64,000 nt of DNA, taken from the NCBI RefSeq assembly GCF_009914755.1, contig NC_060925.1; one strand, written 5' to 3'. Numbering within the stretch: position 1 is the stretch's first letter; every line of letters begins with the position of its first letter. Position numbers and translations under genes: made by a program. Source of the stretch: the human T2T-CHM13v2.0 reference genome, Homo sapiens. The notes under the pieces are model-generated. The model was not told where the DNA came from, ran no database searches, and was given only the letters and a program-made list of their open reading frames with translations. Below are positions 13,350 to 27,484 of this stretch, piece after piece.

Positions 13350-13875
13350 TGAATATGTATGTATGTGTGTGTTTGTGTGTATACACGTGTGTGTATATAA
13401 AAAACATATTTAAGTAGTAAGATAAAAACACATTTAAGTAGAAAGATAATAACTGTATGTGCATATATATAAACATACATACACATATATACACACAGTT
13501 GTGTACACTTGTATATGTATGTGTGTATATATATACACACACATACACAAGTATGTACAACTGATTTTTTACAAAAGTGTTGTAAAAGGTTCATAGAGCA
13601 ATGAAACAGTATAGAGAAAAAAGAAATAAATCCATACAAGTGTGCACAACTGATTTTTTACAAAGGTGTTTTGTGTGTGTTGTGTGTATATATATTTCTT
13701 ATAGTTAAACACTCCCTTACCACACAACCCAGCAATTGTATAATATATATACACACGCAACACACACACAGTCATTATCTTGCTACTTAAATATGTTTTT
13801 ATTATCTTTTTATTATCATATGTATATACACATACACACACATATAGTTATTATCTTACTACTTAAACATGTTTT
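13350..13875. repeat. Complex TA/CA-rich tract containing direct and inverted copies of local sequence
   Basis: Four copies of a ~25-bp unit (two on each strand) plus snippets matching 14651-14727 and 15426-15469; see findings. Confidence 0.85.
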
Positions 13876-14604
13876 CCATGACTTTGGTTTTTTTATTCAA
13901 AATAGAAAAAATTTTGCATTTTAGGGTATTTTCCATTTTCTTCTCTGTCAGACTGTTTTAACATTTTGTAACAAAGGTGATCTAAATGAGAGGAAAATTA
14001 CTGCCATTTTCTTGCTACTTCTGATATTTAGATTCTGCTTAGCATTTTTCCATATAAATATATATTTAACAGAGTGCTTATTCTCAAAAGTTTTTACCCT
14101 TAAATCGGCATCTAACTTCAATGATTAATTAGATTCATGATTTCTGGGGGATGTTCCAGTCTTGATGTTCCCTAATGGGATGACTCTGCTTGGGCTTTGC
14201 AATTGGATTTTGACAACCCAAACAGAAAATGCTGCTGCTTTAGAAAATCACACTTGGACTTTCTGCCTTAAAATCTCAAGTCTTGGGATTGGTCATCTGC
14301 TGACCACAAGACTAATCACTGTGAGATACTTTAATTTTTGAATGACAAACAAGTGCTATAGGAGAAAGAGAAATAGGGGAGGACTTATTGTGTATTAAGT
14401 GTCTACAATACTAAAAATCATATTAAGTGACTTATATTAAGTGTTTATTTAAAGAGAATGAACCCCCCAAATGTCTCAGATACAGAACACACACTACCAG
14501 AGACTTATTTCACAACTGAATATAAATACAGATTATATATTAACATATATGGCAATACTATAGAGTGAGTTCTTACCTAAAACATTTCAAATAATAAAGA
14601 ATTA

Positions 14605-16135
14605 TGTCTGCATTAATCAAGACAGTATAGTATTAGAAGTGAGTTAAACGCATAGATCAATGGAACAGTACAGAGAAACAAGAAATAAAACCATACAAGT
14701 GTGCACAACTGATTTTTTTAGAAAGGTCCAAAAGTAATTCAATGAAGAAAAGACATTCTTTCCAATAAATATTGTCATAACAAATGGACATAAATAGGCA
14801 AAAACAAGAACCTTGACTGAAACCTCACCTTTTTAAAAACTATTAACTCAAAATAGATGATAAATCTAAGTGTAAAATGAAATACTATAAAACTTTTAGA
14901 AGAAAACAGAGAGGAAAATATTTGTGACCTAGTATTAGACAAACAGTTCTGAGATATGACACTAAAAGCAAAGGAAAAAAATCAATAAACTAGACTTCAT
15001 AAAAATTTCAGACTTTTGCTCTGTGAATGACCCTGTTAAGAAGATAGGAAGACAAACCACTGACTAGAAAAAAATATTTGCAAATCACATATCTGAAAAA
15101 GGACTTATATGACCAATATGTAAAGAACTCTCTCAACTGAACAATAAAAGAACAAGCAGTCCAATTAAGAAACGGGCAAAAGATTCTAAGACAATTTACC
15201 AAAGAGGGCAGAAGAAAAACAAGAACATGAGATGTTCAATATTATCAGCCCTTAGGGAAATGCAAATTAAAGCCACAATAAGCTATCATTATGTACCTAA
15301 CAGAAGGACTAAAATGAAAAGTACTAATAATACCAAGTGCTGGCAAGAATGTAAAGCTACTAGATCTCATATCAATTGCAGGAGAATGTAAAATGGAACA
15401 ACTACTCCGAAAAGCAGTTGGGCATTTTCTTATAGTTAAACACACACTTACCACACAACCCAGCAATTGCAATCTTAGATACTTGTCGTAGAGAAATCAA
15501 CACTATGTCCACATAAAAATGAAATACTTATATAAGTTTTCTTTGAAGTAGCCAAAAGCTGGAAATAACTCAAATGTTCTTCTGTGGGTGAATAGATAAA
15601 CAAACTGTCCATAGAGTGAAAGCCACTCAGCAATAGGCAGAAATGAATTATTAGCACAGCAACATAGATGGATTTTCAGGGCATTATGCTGAGCTAAAGA
15701 TACAAGTCTCAAAAGGTTACACTCTACAGGATTCCATTTCTATAACACTCAGTGACAAAAGTATAGTGATAAAGAGCAAATCAGTAGTTGTCATAGGTTA
15801 GGATTGGAGAGAGGGTGTGACAATGAAGGGTTAGCATGAGGGACTTTCTTTGTAGTGACAACAGTTTGGTAGCCTTTTAGTAGAGGTAGTCATGTAACTC
15901 TATACATGTGATAAAATTTCATAGAACCATAAGCACCAAAAAAAATAAGGAAATGCAATCTGAACAAGCTCTGCAGTTTTAGCTGGTAATACTATACCAT
16001 GACAATTTCCTGGTTTGACAATTTAGTATGGTTATTTAATATGTTATTGGAGAAATCTGGATGAAGGATGCATAGGAAGTCTTTGTACTATTTTTAAACT
16101 TCTTGTCAGTCTTATTTCAAAATAAGTTTTTTTTA
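14605..16135 (+). mobile_element. Old L1M (L1MC/MD-type) ORF2 3' part and 3' UTR
   Basis: catagatcaatggaacag, aaatatttgcaaatcacatatctga, gggaaatgcaaattaaagccacaa, cccagcaattgca, ggattccatttctataacact, tgtactattttt. Confidence 0.85.
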
Positions 16136-16699
16136 AGAATGATGTGCCTGAAATATAAATATACTTCCACCTGCAACTTCAAGTCCATGTGAATATCTAC
16201 ACTGGTTAAAAACAAAAACAAAAACAAAAACAAAACAACTAAAACTTAGACACTTATTAAATATTCAGATCCGTAAAACAATAGATCTGTAAAGAACCTG
16301 GATTTCCAAGTGATTTATCTAATAATAAAGTCTTCTACAAACAAAATTTTACAAAATAGGGGAAAACATAATGATTCATGGGGGAAATTAAGGCCTGGCA
16401 AATGCTTTGAAGTGAAAGGAGAGAATGAGAAGATTTGAAGCTAATATCAGAGCCTATCATTGGAGATAACTTCACGGAAAATAGAAGAAAATTAGAGTAA
16501 TTAGGAAAAGTTTAGCAATGAGCTTGATTAAACATTGAATTTTATTTAGTGAGGTTAAAGCCAAAGATTACAGTTTTGACCTCAAATTACTGTTTCTATC
16601 ATTTATTATTATTTTAAGTTAATAACTGAACTACTTTGGAATTTAAAGTCCTGACTCTTTTTGTAATGCATTGTCTATTTCATAAAAACTTCAAACTTG

Positions 16700-17420
16700 A
16701 AGTTTTAAAATTGTGCCATTATTCTTCCCTAAAAACTTTTCTCAAAATTCAAGAAAGTAGCTTTGCAATGTACTCTGCAATCATTGTAGTGTCTTCATTC
16801 AAATAAGTTGTTTACATATTGTTTTAGCATCTTGGAAATATAATTGGCCTTGGCTCATGATTTCAAATGATTCTCTTAGCTAAAAAGAGTAAATTCCTTC
16901 AAAGTTACAATAGGGAATAAGGTACAATCTCTCTAGATGACTTTTTTCTCCTGAAGCAGATTTGTTAAAATTCTACATCCTGCCTGTAAATTAAAGATTA
17001 AGGTAATGACATAAGAAAATTGGGTATTTGCAATATGGAAGACAAGGATCAGTTCTTGGATGAATATTCAATGCACCGGATTATAGACACTGATGCAGCC
17101 ACCATTGCAGCAAATGGACTGCAACTACATATTTTGAATTATTGAAGCAGTGGCTTGAAACTATTCAGTAGATCAGATGTATTGCCTTCCTTCATGAGAT
17201 TGATGAGAATTCAGCTCTGCTCGCCACACTCCAGTGCGAAGGACTGGAGGGCATTTAGCATGCTGATAAAGGTCAAAGTAAGACTGTATCAGTTTGTGAA
17301 CCTAAAAATTCCAAACTCCTCGCCACCCATTAAAATGAATGAAGAAGTGCTGTGTTTTGATGTGTGGCATCCCAAAGACCTGCTTGAGGCATAAAAGGAA
17401 GAAACTATTGCGCTTAGACC
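16700..17420 (+). pseudogene. Probable fossil hAT-family transposase C-terminal region (stops and frameshifts)
   Basis: Frame from 17035 reads MEDKDQFLDEY...ILNY*...RLMRIQLCSPHSSAKDWRAFSMLIKVK...IKMNEEVLCFDVWHPKDLLEA*KEET, resembling the hAT dimerisation motif L.xPHSNAxxERxFS...KxN..C...P..LLxxAKxAT; recognised by eye only. Confidence 0.5.
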
Positions 17421-18339
17421 AGGAAACGCTTGTTTGTGACCTTCCAGAGCATGTAAAGGAGCACAGTGTTGTGCACTGTCTTGTTCCTGAAACATTATCA
17501 TCTCAAAAGTTATATTCAGCTTAAATAATGGAGATTCCAACAGAGAAAATACATTGCTATATTTGGCCCTTCCTTTTGGCAGATGTTCCAGAAACAAAAC
17601 AGCGAAGTGATTTTGCTATTTGAATTGATTGTGAAATGGATTTTTCATGCAAAAGGCTTGAGTCAGATTCCACTGTAGGCAAAAGTCTGCAAGTTTAAGC
17701 AAAACACTAATTATCCAGAATACTAGTCTTTGGAGAAAATATTTGTACTAGTGACCAAATATATTTAACTCTTAAGTCAGGTTTAACTCTTTGATTGAAC
17801 CGCAACTCCAAATTGTATGGCGTGGTTTAGTATATGAGGAGTACCCTTGGTCAGACCTGTTAAGTGATTGTTCTTCAAGCTGAAGTGGTGGGAATTTGAT
17901 AAAATGGAAATTTTTTTCCCTGCTGATTTACTTCTTATTAGCATGTAAGATTAATCAGGACAATAATTGTACCACTCTTTCCCACGATTTTTCCTTCTCC
18001 TCTGATTCCCTCTACCATAAAATATCACAAAGAGCTTGACACAGTTATTGAATAATTTTGCTTCTGGAAGAAGGAAATGTGATATTGGAATTTATATCTG
18101 AAATACAATTTTTTTCCTTAGAGTTTATGTCTGAAGTTTTTTCCCTTAAAATTTATATTTGAAATTTTTTCTACTATCCTCAGCTAAATTAGATAAAACG
18201 TTCAAAATGAAAATCTTCTTTGAGACCCCATGATTGGGCAATCTCCTGGAGAAAAGAAGAGCAGTGTTTATTATTAGTAACTTAAAATGCCCATGATACC
18301 CAAAAGGGGTGAGTTCTTCAATTAGTTTCCTGCTCCATT

Positions 18340-18825
18340 CTTTTTAATTAATATTTGATGCCTATGTAAGAATATATGTAACATAAATTATTCATGAGGT
18401 ACAGTAAATAGAACAGTTATAAAGCTACCTATCAACTTAAGAACATTACCAATAATGTCACATCTGTGTGTTCTTTCCTGTTCCATTTCTCTGTCTTCCT
18501 ATGCACCAAGAGGTAACCATTATTCTGAAACTTGTATGTATCCTTTCCTTGCTTTTTCCTCCCTTGGTTTTTACCACAGATTTATTTAGGGATAAATGTT
18601 CTGTTTGATTTCTTGGTTTTGGAGATTTGTAAAGATGGTAGCCTACCGTACGCAGTCTTCTGTAATTTACTTTCCTCAAGCACCAGTTTGTTTCAAAAAT
18701 CCACCATGTTGTTGCATATTACTGTAGGTCATTCATTTTCACTACTGCATAGAATGACATTGTGTAAACATTTCCACAATTTATGAACCATTATCCTGTC
18801 AACAGACATTTGGGACTTTCTAACT
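18340..18825 (-). mobile_element. Old L1ME-type 3' fragment
   Basis: ccaagaggtaaccattattctga, gtaggtcattcattttcactactg, ccacaatttatgaaccattatcctgtcaacagacatttggg. Confidence 0.7.
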
Positions 18826-19149
18826 AACACTAGTTATCCAAGTCTTTATTCTCTCACATTCAAGGTTGAGTAATCCTGAGAATCCTGACTACCAATAAGT
18901 GAAAATTTTCTTTCATTTAGAACAGGGTTAGCCCTTTGATAAATTATAGCCCTTTGTGAGGAATAATCTAGGAAGGTTCCTTGGGTCCTTCTATAATGAT
19001 ATACACAGCCCTTTAGTAAGCGATGTTATTGGCTCCAATATTTATTCCTTTCCTTTTTTGTATGCAGGTTTTGTAACACTCTATCTTGCTTTATGTTTAC
19101 TTTAGGTGCACATAAGTTTTGGAGTCTTGGAAGGAGAGATATTTTTTCT

Positions 19150-19700
<551 letters not shown>

Positions 19701-21579
19701 AAAAAAGGATAAAAGAATGAATAAGCAAAGGGGTGAGTAAATACCCACAGAGCAAAGAGGGTAACATAAATGTATGAATCAGGTGTAAGAAAATACTTAG
19801 TGGTAAACCCTATTTTAATGAGGGAACACACGCCCCTGAGTCACAGGACTGTCACATTATACACAAGTGGTGCCCTCTGGAGCTGTACAGCCTTGCTTTA
19901 AGACATTTATGTGCCTCTTTAAAAATATAATATGGTTAAACAAAACATATCTGCAGGTAATTGGCCTGAGTGACAATTATTTGGCCCCTGGTTTATAGCA
20001 TCCTTACCTGGGGATATAGGAATTATCTAATATGTGATTAAAATGAAGCTAATGTCTTTTGTGTGCCTACTATGTGCCATGTGCCCCTCTAGGACAAAGA
20101 AAATGGGAAAGCACTGATGGAGAAAACCTCATCCCTTTTCTTAGGAACCTAAAATTCACACCTTCTCTTGTGGGATACAGTTTCCTAACACTTTCAGTTT
20201 GCTTGGGGTGTTCCTCCTTGTCTCAGATATGCTTTGTGGAGTCAGTCCAGGCTGAAGGGCTTTGAACACCTAAGGTAGCCTTCAAAACAGCAAAGCACAT
20301 ATGCTTATAAAACAAAATAAATTTGCCAGCTTCTCCAAGCAGGGGTATACTTGATATTTGTTTCTATTTCCCTTTTCATTCTTCCTGTCCTACAGCCCTT
20401 TCCTAGTGTTTCCTATTTCTTTCATTTTTCCCCCAAAGCTCTACTCCCTAAAACAAAGGTGTTCTGGGCAGCCCATGTCTAATCCCCTTTCCTCTCCTCT
20501 ACCTAGGAACAACCCTAAAGAAACAATTATTTTTGTTTGACTGACTGATAGAGTTCAAGCTATGTTTGTCTTATACAGATTATCTATGGCATTAGTAAGA
20601 TGAAATCTTTCTCTTTCACACCATTATTAATTCAAATAAGTTACGGCCAACCACACAGAATTTAAAATACGGCTGAGTATATTTCAAAGGCCAAGATTTA
20701 ATGAAAAAAAAATATTGGCTGTATCCTACCAGATTCTGACTTGTAAAGTACACATTGAACATGAAAAATATTGATCATTCTTGCCTCTTTTCACCCTTTT
20801 TAAACCCTGATCTTATATGCGTTGCCCACTGTGGCTGTTAGGTGATGGTTCTAGGCCTGTCGTCAATCTGGTCTGGTTTCCTCACATGCCAGAATGATTT
20901 TGTTTTACTTTGCCTTAATAATCTCCATGGGGGAAAACTACCATACATTGCCTGGCAGTTTTACATAACACCACTGACAATTTCCTTTTCTCATCACTAC
21001 TAGGGATATCTGAAATACAGAACAAGCATTGTCTGACCTGTCCATTTTGTAGCATTCTTATGACCAGGTTAATAAAAAAGCATAACTAAATATTGTATAA
21101 TAGATGACATATAAAAGTTGCAAAATTCCAACCTTTGAGGAATGCTATGCTTCATTCATGGCTGCAGAAATGAAGGGTTCTAGTCTGGCTTTTCCACTGC
21201 CCTCTGAGGCATGCCTTCTGATACTGTACTGATTCTTTCCCTTCTAGTTCCTAATTATGTGAGCATCACCTTTAGTCTTTCCAGAACCATAGGCAACCTT
21301 TCTGCTCTATAGTTATTCTCGGTTTTATGCTTCATCATCTGGATTACTATGATATCCACCAGGAATAGTTTTTAGCCTTTGATGAGCAGATAAGATAAAA
21401 GTCATTTTCTTTCTAAGAACAAGTATGTTCACATCATTTCTCTTTTGTATTGCTAGTATCTTGGCTGCTCACTATAGTGGCATGCTTCACCGGGAAGAGT
21501 TCAGCTTCTACTCTTTATGCCCTCAGGATACTCTGTCCAGCGTTTGAGAGCTAAAGAGCAAAAGCCATCCACTGATATT

Positions 21580-21990
21580 CAATTCTGAATCAGAATGCAT
21601 TTAACTAAAATTAAAAGAAAACATTACCGATAGTGGCTTAAAGAGATAAGAGTTTATTTTTTAACCATAAATTCCGAGTCTGGAAGTCTGGCACATCTCT
21701 AGAAGGCCATCAAAGGCCTAGGCTCATTCTTTCTGCTGTGTGTGTACTTAGCATGTAGCTTTTGTTCTCAAATTGACAAAATGGATACTGCACCTCCATA
21801 TATCGTGCCTGTGTTCCAGGCAGAAAGAAAGCAGAAGAACGTGTCTTCTCACAGGGTTTGTCACCTGGGCTTCCCTTCCTCAAAAGTCTCTGTTTACATT
21901 ATCATTCACCAAAACTGTGTCTTTTGGTCAATCCAACCTATAACCATGGTTGGTAAATCAAGTATTTTAATTTTCCAACCCTTAAAATAA
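21580..21990 (-). mobile_element. Old MaLR LTR (MLT1K/L-like)
   Basis: agtggcttaaa, caaaatggatactgcacctcca...tgttccaggcagaaagaaag. Confidence 0.55.
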
Positions 21991-22689
21991 AAGAAACAAA
22001 TTTACATATTATCCTTTCCATTGAAGGTTAAATCAGAGAATTTTTCTGAAAATTTAAGAAAATTGTATTCATGAAATGTATATACTGCTATGAATATCTG
22101 TTGCATTTTATTACGGTTTTGACTAGGGTCCTTAAGGCACTACATAAGTAACTCTGAAATAATAAACATTTTGCAGAATAACTAAGTTCCTAAAGATCAT
22201 ACTGCAGAGTCAAAAGTATTTGAAATAAGTAAGAGAAAATGAGAGAGAGGGGACAATAGAAAAAGAAGCATATTAATAAATGGAGATAGAAGAAAGAAAA
22301 TAATCAAATATGAAGTCAATAAGTTAACGACCATGCTAAGTGTTCGTTTCTCAAAATCAAAGTCAACTTGCATTCAATCTTATCTTCCCAGACTGGAGAC
22401 TAAGTATGGGGTCTGTCTTATTCTCCACTCAATTGCTAGCATCTAACTTAGTTGATGAGGATGCTGCAGGGAGAGAAAAAAAATCCAGATGTTCCAGTGC
22501 CTTCATAAAAACATATGTGTAATAATTTTTAAATAAAGAAAAAATTCATCTTATTATACTACATAAAAATATTAGACCACAAGCTAAAAAATTAACGTTT
22601 TCTCTCTTTTCTGTATCTGAGGAATTCAAAACAACTAACAGATGTACTCAGAGGAAATTTGGTTAGCAATATACTATTTATAGAAATTA

Positions 22690-23030
<341 letters not shown>

Positions 23031-23291
23031 CATAAATTAAAACAATAGAATAATCTTTTGTTCATTCTCTATTTTTCTCCCTTCTTTTTTTACCCTCTCT
23101 ATCTGCTTTATTATTTATTCACACATACACGAATACACACACATACATAAATACACACACAAATTAAGTTCAAATAATATTTCTCTACAGTGTTTCAATA
23201 CAATAATACACATTTTAATTACAAATATGTATATTTGTAAATAAAAGTAAAATATAAGAACATTAGAGCATATAGTTAAACAAAAATTTTC

Positions 23292-23510
23292 TTTTTTAAT
23301 TTTTTTTATTATACTGTAAGTTCTAGGGTACATGTGCACAACGTGCAGGTTTGTTACATATGTATACATGTGCCATGTTGGTGTGCTGCACCCATTAACT
23401 AGTCATTTACATTAGGTATCTCTCCTAATGCTATCCCTCCCCGCTTCCCCCACCCCACAACAGGCCCCGGTGTGTGATGTTCCCTTTCCTGTGTCCAAGT
23501 GTTCTCATTG
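23292..23510 (-). mobile_element. 5'-truncated young L1PA 3' UTR (~220 bp)
   Basis: ttattatactgtaagttctagggtacatgtgcacaacgtgcagg...gtgttctcattg; TSD aaac(a/g)aaaattttc (23278-23291 / 23511-23524). Confidence 0.92.
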
Positions 23511-23944
23511 AAACGAAAATTTTCAAATGTTTCCCTTTAGTTCTTACATGTTTAAAAATTCAGACAAGATAGAATAGTAATAACTAGTAATAACATACTC
23601 CAATGTTCATTCTCTCCTTTGTCCTAGGTCATATCTTTATGCATAAACATACACATACAATTTGCCACATACTTGTAATGCAGCCTTGAAATAGTTGCAA
23701 AAAAATGTAATTTCCACTTAAGGTTTATGTCTCCAATATCTTAGCACTATATTAATAGCTTTTACTCTCAATCACACTTCAAACTCTACATTTAATATTT
23801 GTACATATACAATGACTCCACAATGGTGAATATGTTTTTAAGCTTACAATATGCTTACATCATAATTAACACATTTAATAAAAATCCCATAAATAGTATC
23901 TAATGTTTTATTACAGTAGGATAGTCACATTTAAAGTCACATTT

Positions 23945-24150
23945 TAAATTCATGAATTAATTTGACATATTTTTTGAGCACCTGCTATGCACCAGATATT
24001 ATGATTGCCTCTTTTCTTCTCTGTAGCCCATTCTGTAAAGACTGGAGACTAAGTATGGGGTCTGTCTTATTCTCCACTCAATTGCTATCATCTAACTTAG
24101 TGTCTGGCACATAGTGAGTGTTGAATAAACATTTGTTGAATGCATGAATT
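23945..24150. mobile_element. L2 3'-end remnants in both orientations
   Basis: tttttgagcacctgctatgcaccag (-) and agtgtctggcacatagtgagtgttgaataaacatttgttgaatgcatgaat (+). Confidence 0.65.
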
Positions 24151-26332
24151 GGCCTTCATCTTAAAAACCTGTTTCTGTTTTCTGGACTACTTCTTAGTCA
24201 TTGTGAATCTAAATCCTTCTTTCCAAAAAAGTAATTCTTTTCCTTATAGCAGAATTTCAGACTTGAATGATGATTCCATTTACTTCCCAGCCTGCTACAC
24301 ATATGCCAAACTGCTTGAGGCAGTACTTGAGTAAATTCTTAAGGCATCTCTCTTGCTCTTCCAATTCACCTGTACCTGAATCGAGACGACTAGACATCAA
24401 GTTCTTGGCTATCTTCTCAGAGACATTCTGTTATGGAGACCTAGGACTTTTAAATAGAAGCAATACTGAATCACTAAAAAGGCTGCACAATCCAAATTAT
24501 CCTCCCCACAGTGGGCAAAACTTCCTTGAACAATCTTTTCAGGCTCCTTTCTTTTAAAAGGGTAAATTCCCATAATTTAAAAGTAAATAGGTTTATCAGA
24601 TTGCTTTCTTCTCTGAGAGCAAATACCCAGGGCATGTTGTGATGACGAAGAATTTCCACATAGTTCTCAGAGATTTTTGATCCATCTTGCCCATCCACAT
24701 TTAACAGTAAGCCACAATATTTTATATAAACTGTTTTGTAAGGTTAGTGGTCATATAAAATGAGTCTGGTGAATGTTTTCTTTCTGAGAAAATAATTCTG
24801 TATGTGAAAACACATTTAATGGATTTTGAAAGTTACAATTGTGACATACTGAGAATGTACAAGTTTCTGCTGTATGTTATACATAATTTATTAATGGCTT
24901 TGTGAATCATTTCAGAAAGTATTACAGAGTAAAAAGTTAAAAATATATCACAAATGTCTAACTTCATAGTTAGAACCAACTGTCAACCCACCGTAACCTA
25001 GGGGCCTAATTTTATGACAAATTATTAAGTTAATAGAGTATGAATTATCTCTCATCAAAAACCATTCCAGATCACCAAACTTCTAAATGGTTCCTAGAGC
25101 TACCTGCTCCCTCATATAATTCATGGGAACCCATATTTTTAAATGCTTATAAATGTTTTCAGAAGCTGTGAATTCTAATCTTGTTCTGTCACTAACTTAC
25201 TTTGTAATCCTATGTTGCTTTTTTCCCCCAAGTTTTCTTCCCACTAAAAACCAGATATTAGTATAATACTTTTCTACAAGGATATTGTGAGATTTGACTA
25301 ATTAATATATGTAGAACATTCTGGAAAACTCGGAGAAGAGTTATTTGGTACATATAAAATATTATACTAAAGTTTTGAAACTGATTTAATTATACAACAA
25401 TGCACATTTCCAAAATGGGTATTTTGGCACTATATTCTCTGTACCAATATTGCAATCTGAAATAATTACAGCTGCTTTACTTTCCAAAAAAGGGCAAATT
25501 TTTCTTAGGCTACACAATGCAACCTCTTTTTTTAGCTATGACTGAAATGATAGCTTTAGTGGTTTTCTATTGGGAACCAAAAGTCATATATAACAAATTC
25601 AATAAGAGTGAGGAGAATGACTGCCACAGTTGGTTTGGGCTATGGGTGTTTATGATGATATACAGACACCATTAATGGTGCATTACTGTTCTAGGTGTGG
25701 TCTCACCATGGTTCTACATAGAGAGCCAAATTTGAATTTAAAGCAAAACTTGATGTAATAATGTCTATGCAGAAAAAGGCAACAATCTTAAGGGGTGGGA
25801 AAAACTCTGAATGTCATAATGACAACCCTAAATTTTCTTTTGTTTGTTCCACCAAACTGAAAGCAATAACAAGTCATCATCAACCTATTATGTGTTAAGT
25901 CCCATAACTTGTCAGCTACTAAAATAATTGTCCAACCACTTAAATATTTCCACTATGTGCCAGCAAGCAATGACAGTGTCAAATTTCCCTGAAATGTAGA
26001 ATTTATGATCCTAGTATCCACTTCGTTTTTGCACTGAATCCCTCTGGCATATATATTCAAAACTCTATTTCTAATAACAGAATTATTTGAACTCATACTG
26101 CCTGTCACCTGTTATTCTCAAAGTACTTTGCTAATAACAAATAATTTGTGAAATTTGTCTCTGCGCTTGGTATTACCACTTCTGTTTCAGCAGCATGTCC
26201 CTGACGTTGATCCTGTTTGTTATTGCCAAGGTATGTGATTAGAGGAATTGGTAGTGGAACTGGAGACCAAGGCCAGATTGCAAGGTGGGTGGCTGGTGGT
26301 TCTGCTGCTTCTTTGTGCTGTACTTGTGGAAA

Positions 26333-26354
26333 AACAACAACAACAACAACAACA
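26333..26354. repeat. (AAC)n microsatellite
   Basis: Read directly. Confidence 0.9.
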
Positions 26355-26663
26355 CTTCCAGCCATGGTTCCACACAAGAATCCATTTCAAAGTCTGACTC
26401 CCTAGCAAGACAGCAGGTGCCATGAAGCCCAGTACAGCAGCAGCAGGCCTAGGACAAAAAAAAACGCCCCAATCTACACCTGTTCATAGCTCCTTTAACC
26501 TGCACTTGATTCACTGCTCTTGCTGTAATGCTTTTTTAGTTCCCTTCATTCAAAAAGCCAACAGAAGTCCAGCATGACCATTTGCTTTGTCTGAGATGGT
26601 CAAGTAGAAATTGTAACAATGTTACAGCATTGGCATTAGGGGTAGTATGTCTTGCTTGTCTGC

Positions 26664-26664
<1 letters not shown>

Positions 26665-26705
<41 letters not shown>
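26665..26705. repeat. (TG)~20 microsatellite
   Basis: Read directly. Confidence 0.95.
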
Positions 26706-26708
<3 letters not shown>

Positions 26709-27196
26709 AACCTATTTGTTGTAATAACACTATGGAAAAATAAAGTTTAAAAAGATAACAAATATATAAGAGGAAGCATAGGATGATCAAGTGATCCCCA
26801 CAAAACAACTTAATGAAGATTTTTTATTTTAGATGTTATTAAAACACAAGCTCTTGGTTGATGTTTCCCTTTTTCTTTGGTTAAACCTCTGATGCTAAGC
26901 ACCTAAGAATCATTAGTTTACTATTACTATCTATTCGTAAGTATTTGTAGATAATGCCTGGGCAACATTATCACTATTAGATTTGTTTTAACTAATTTTT
27001 AAGTCACTTGGCCATTTTTTTTAAACTTTCATTAGCAATTTGTGCAAATAAACAAATATGAGTCTTGTATGGAGACAGTTTTCCAGATTTTGTGATGTCA
27101 GGTGTTATAAGCAAATTCAGAGGCTCCAAAATATTAGTCCTGAAATGGAGTCTTTCTTTTTTTACTGAAAATGTGAAAGATGCTGGAGTAATTGTA

Positions 27197-27276
27197 TTAG
27201 GTTGATGTAAAAGTAATCACGATTTTTGCCATTACTTTCACTGGCAGAAACCGCAATTACTTTTGCACCGATGTAA
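27197..27276. mobile_element. MADE1 (Hsmar1-derived 80-bp palindromic MITE)
   Basis: ttaggttgatgtaaaagtaatcacgatttttgccattactttcactggcagaaaccgcaattacttttgcaccgatgtaa flanked by TA on both sides. Confidence 0.93.
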
Positions 27277-27484
27277 TAGATTGTTCAAATTGTCAAGTAT
27301 AACTTCTGAGCTCACATTTTTATATTCTTCATTCCCCATTTCCACGTAGTGAATGTTAAAAGTGGAAAGATCGGATTCCGTTGCAAGATGGCCAAATAGG
27401 AAGAGCTCTGGTCTGCAGCTCCCAGCATGATCGACTCAGAAGACAGGTGATTTCTGCATTTCCAACTGAGGTACCTGGTTCATC

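Noticed and set aside
13395-13875. CRISPR-like repeat-spacer array
   Set aside because: Repeats are in mixed orientations with irregular spacing in primate DNA; local templated duplication explains them better
13181-13924. Cluster of six ORFs
   Set aside because: Low-complexity translations (YIHT/CVYI) of TA/CA repeats
26105-26423. Overlapping ORFs with poly-V, poly-T and poly-C runs
   Set aside because: The runs come from an (AAC)n microsatellite; no homology recognised
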